In this document: one piece after another, positions 60,133 to 64,000 of the stretch
Position numbering within the stretch: the first letter of the stretch is position 1
Layout: each line of letters opens with the position of its first letter
Assembly (NCBI GenBank): GCA_002269645.1
Contig: NIVC01000476.1
Coordinates: forward strand, 1 to 64,000
Direction: 5' to 3'
Origin: Macrostomum lignano
Lineage: Eukaryota
Length of the DNA: 64,000 bases
Notes under the pieces: generated by a model
Database searches by the model: none
What the model was told of the DNA's origin: nothing
Seen by the model: only the letters and a program-made list of their open reading frames with translations
Program-made: the position numbers and the translations under genes

Positions 60133-62686
60133 ATGTCTGCATCAGCAGCCTGGGATTTGGCTTTGGCCAATCGCGCCGGAAACGGCGCCGAATTTGGCGC
60201 AGGCGCCTCGGCAGCGGCGGCGGCAGCGTCGTCCTCCACGGGAGTCGCCGCCTTGCTGGATCCGACTTCTTCGCTGTCGGGCCTGCTGTCGCCGGCGTGT
60301 CCAGCCGCCGAGCAGCAGCAGGAGCAGGGCGGCCCGGACCCCGCCCACGCAGTGATGGTGCTGCAGGGCCTGTGCTCTCTGCGCTCCAAATCGGTTCTCA
60401 CCGATGTCACTCTGCTGGCTGACGGCCAGAGATTCGATGTGCACAAGGTGATTCTGGTGTCCTGCTCAGACTATTTCCGCAGCATGTTCACCTCCGGGAT
60501 GAAGGAGTGCAGCCAGAGTGAGATTGAACTCAAAGGCGTCACCGCTAAGGGATTAGAGAAGGTGAGTAAACACTCGTCGCACAAAGTTATTTACACAACA
60601 TATCGGTGTAGTGCATAGCTTGTAGTGCCTTCAAAAACGCGCAGGTGCTGGACATAATCTACACGTCGAGCACCAGCATTGAAGGTGATGACGTGTTCGA
60701 CATTCTGGCCGCTGCCACTCATCTGCAGGTGAGTTGTTGTGCTTATTTTCTAGAAATTAGACTCAAAATTTACCTTTCATTGGCCATTACATGTAGAATC
60801 ACCTGTCAACAAGCCATTACATGTAGATCTTCACCTGTCAACAAGCCATTACATGTAGAATCACCTGTCAGCAAGCCATTACATGTAGATCTTCACCTGT
60901 CAACAAGCCATTACATGTAGATCTTCACCTGTCAACAAGCCATTACATGTAGATTTTCACCTGTCAACAAGCCATTACATGTAGATCTTCACCTGTCAAC
61001 AAGCCATTACATGTAGATCTTCACCTGTCAACAAGCCATTACATGTAGATCTTCACCTGTCAACAAGCCATTACATGTAGATCTTCACCTGTCAACAAGC
61101 CATTACATGTAGATCTTCACCTGTCAACAAGTCATTACATGTAGAATCGCACCTTATTTGTCACTGCCTTCCATCTCTCTATAAGGTGATGCCAGTTCTG
61201 GAGTTCTGCGAGCGGAATTTCCTTCGCAACATGACCGCAGCCAACTTCACGGATTTCATCGTGACGGCTCGCCTGTACAACATGGCCGGCGTGCTGGCCC
61301 AGATTGACAAGTTCATCGCCGCCAACCTGCTGTCCATAGCTGACGGGCCGGCACTGAGCCAGCTGGGACTCGACCAGATGCTGGCTTGCCTGCGTTCGCC
61401 GCACTGTCGCCTGCGCGAGATCGATGTGTTCCGTGCGGTGCAGCTCTGGCTGGATGCCAGAGATCAGCAGCAGCAGTGCATGGAACAGCTGCTCACTGAG
61501 ATCCGCTATAACCTGATTGCGCCTTCGGATTTGGTGTCGAAAGTACAGCTGGCTCCGGCAGTTATGGCTAATGCTAGACTGCACAGCCTACTGCTGCAGG
61601 TGATTGTCTTTGTCCTCTCAGAATGCACTTTTTGGGCAATGCACTTTTATATTTAGGTCTTTGTTTTTGTCTTAAAGTCTCAAGTCTCAAGCGTTTTCTC
61701 AAAATAGGTCTTTGTTTTCTTGTTTTCTTAAAATAGGTCTTTGTTTTCTTGAAATAGGTCTTTGTCTTCTTGTTTTCTTAAAATAGGTCTTTGTTTTCTT
61801 GAAATAGGTCTTTGTCTTCTTGTTTTCTTAAAATAGATCTTTGTTTTCTTGAAATAGGTCTTGGTTTTCTTGAAATAGGTCTTGGATTTCTTGAAATAGG
61901 TCTTGGTTTTCTTGAAATAGGTCTTGGTTTTCTTGAAATAGGTCTTGTTTTCTTAAAATAGGTCTTGTTTTCTTAAAATAGGTCTTTGTTTCTTAAATAG
62001 GTCTTTGTTCTCTCAAGATTAGTCTTTGCCATTTACATAGTCCATGGCTTTGTGACACAACACCGCAGGCGCTCAACTATCACGTGGTGCCGCACTGCCA
62101 GCCGCTGTGCACCCCGCCAGACATGTGGCTGCGCTGCTACCGGGAGCAGCTGGTCTGCGTTGGCGGCCGCGACCTTCAGCCGACCACGCCCGGTCTGGTA
62201 GAGGACTGCTCAGCCCTGCTGCTGCCGAAGCCGTCTCAGGGCGCCACCGCTGCCGTCGCTGCGGCTGAGTCCCCGCTGATGTCGGCAGGCAGGAGCTCTT
62301 CAACTATCCGTCGTCACACCCTCGCTTCCCTGCCTACGCCTGTCAGTCACGCCCAATGCGTTGTGCTCAACAACTTTCTGTACGTCCTGGGCGGCTGCGT
62401 CACCCAGTGCGCTCACGCCGAGTCGGCTGTGAACGCTGTGAGCCGATTCGACCTGCGCTTCAACGCCTGGTACCAGTGCGCCCCGATGCTGCAGCGGCGC
62501 GCCTACTTTGCCGCCGGCATTGTGATGGTGAACCGGCGGCCAAGGATTATGGTGGTGGCCGGCCGGCGGAAGGAGGGCGCCCTGCAGCACTGCGAGCTGT
62601 ACGATCCTGAGGCCAACTGCTGGACTGCCGGCCCGTCGCTTGGGCAGGCCTTCTACTCCCATGCTGGGGCTGTGTATAAGGATACG
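60133..62686 (+). CDS. Kelch-like BTB-BACK-Kelch protein (KLHL9/13/26-like). Exons 60133-60561, 60645-60728, 61186-61599, 62069-62686; continues beyond
   Basis: BTB: LTDVTLLADGQRFDVHKVILVSCSDYFRSMFTSGMKE. BACK: LREIDVFRAVQLWL..IRYNLI. Kelch: NNFLYVLGG, RFDLRFNAW, ELYDPEANCW. GT-AG phase-0 junctions. Confidence 0.92.
60785..61142. repeat. 32-bp intronic minisatellite (gccattacatgtagatcttcacctgtcaacaa)
   Basis: Direct observation. Confidence 0.95.
61655..62025. repeat. ~20-bp T-rich intronic minisatellite (aaataggtctttgttttctt)
   Basis: Direct observation. Confidence 0.92.
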
Positions 62687-62714
62687 GTGAGGGATTTAGG
62701 GGGGCTGCTTCCAT

Positions 62715-63730
62715 TCTGGGGGCTGTTAGGTCACGCAGAGGTTAACGTTTTTCGATTGTCGTGTCATCTGGGGGCTGTTAGGTCACACAGCGCTTAACGT
62801 GTCCGATTGTCGTGTCATCTTGGGGCTGTTAGGTCACACAGAGGTTAACGTGTCCGATTGTCGTGTCATCTGGGGGCTGTTAGGTCACGCAGAGGTTAAC
62901 GTGTCCGATTGTCGTGCAATCTGGGGGCTGTTAGGTCACACAGCGCTTAACGTGTCCGATTGTCGTGTCATCTTGGGGCTGTTAGGTCACACAGAGGTTA
63001 ACGTGTCCGATTGTCGTGTCATCTGGGGGCTGTTAGCTCACGCAGAGGTTAACGTGTCCGATTGTCGTGTCATCTGGGGGCTGTTAGCTCACGCAGAGGT
63101 TAACGTGTCCGATTGTCGTGTCATCTGGGGGCTGTTAGCTCACGCAGAGGTTAACGTGTCCGATCGTCGTGTCATCTGGGGGCTGTTAGCTCACGCAGAG
63201 GTTAACGTGTCCGATTGTCGTGTCATCTGGGGGCTGTTAGGTCACGCAGAGGTTAACGTGTCCGATTGTCGTGTCATCTGGGGGCTGTTAGGTCACGCAG
63301 AGGTTAACGTGTCCGATTGTCGTGTCATCTGGGGGCTGTTAGGTCACACAGCGGTTAACGTGTCCGATTGTCGTGTCATCTGGGGGCTGTTAGGTCACAC
63401 AGCGGTTAACGTGTCCGATTGTCGTGTCATCTGGGGCTGTTAGGTCACACAGCGGTTAACGTGTCCGATTGTCGTGTCATCTGGGGGCTGTTAGGTCACA
63501 CAGCGGTTAACGTGTCCGATTGTCGTGTCATCTGGGGGCTGTTAGGTCACACAGCGGTTAACGTGTCCGATTGTCGTGTCATCTGGGGGCTGTTAGGTCA
63601 CACAGCGGTTAACGTGTCCGATTGTCGTGTCATCTGGGGGCTGTTAGGTCACACAGCGGTTAACGTGTCCGATTGTCGTGTCATCTGGGGGCTGTTAGGC
63701 CACACAGCGGTTAACGTGTCCGATTGTCGA
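62715..63730. repeat. 48-bp intronic minisatellite (ggggctgttaggtcacacagcggttaacgtgtccgattgtcgtgtcatct)
   Basis: About 20 tandem units. Confidence 0.96.
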
Positions 63731-64000
63731 GCCAAAATTCTTGGTCAAACTAGCCTGTTGAAGAAAAGGTTACCTTGACAAGTAGGGTCAATCTGCTGGA
63801 TAAACTTTTTTTGTTGCACTACTAATGGAACACATATTGACTTCATTTGGAATTCGGCAGGTCTAACATTCGCAATCTAAATCCCTTGGTCAGAAGGTTG
63901 GATTTGTTATGCGATTCACAGTCGTGAGGACCAATCCCCAAGTCACTAAGGGTCATTGCAAACAACTAACTGGGGGACTCTAGCGACTCCTGTGACTTTT

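Noticed and set aside
62799-63778. Repeat ORFs (VNVSDCRVIWGLLGH) as Kelch continuation
   Set aside because: An intronic 48-bp array after the donor at 62686; no Kelch motifs.

Overview
Eukaryotic, repeat-rich animal genomic DNA with GT-AG introns. The composition resembles a flatworm such as Macrostomum; that is an inference, not tested. The left ~42 kb is a decaying tandem array of a multi-exon type-I membrane receptor gene (signal peptide, F-type-lectin/F5-8C-like domain, several C2-type Ig domains, TM, polyQ tail). It comprises two near-full copies (~1.5-9.3 kb and ~18.7-26.7 kb), a partial third (~30.8-33.75 kb) and two orphan TM exons. Inserted into the array are a CsRn1-type Ty3/gypsy element inside a tRNA/CORE SINE, hAT and foldback MITEs and a non-LTR RT fragment. 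It also holds an antisense gene with an uninterrupted CDS that fuses a B-box-like/coiled-coil region to an alpha-SNAP domain, and a Polinton/adintovirus-like pPolB + protease remnant interrupted by a Mag-type gypsy element. The right part has a small 2-TM ORF, a CCC..GGG MITE, an RTE LINE, an almost CpG-free AT-rich block with a decayed mariner, an SMPD4 orthologue and the 5' part of a BTB-BACK-Kelch gene. Most introns of these last two genes carry their own minisatellite. All motifs were read by eye; no searches were run.
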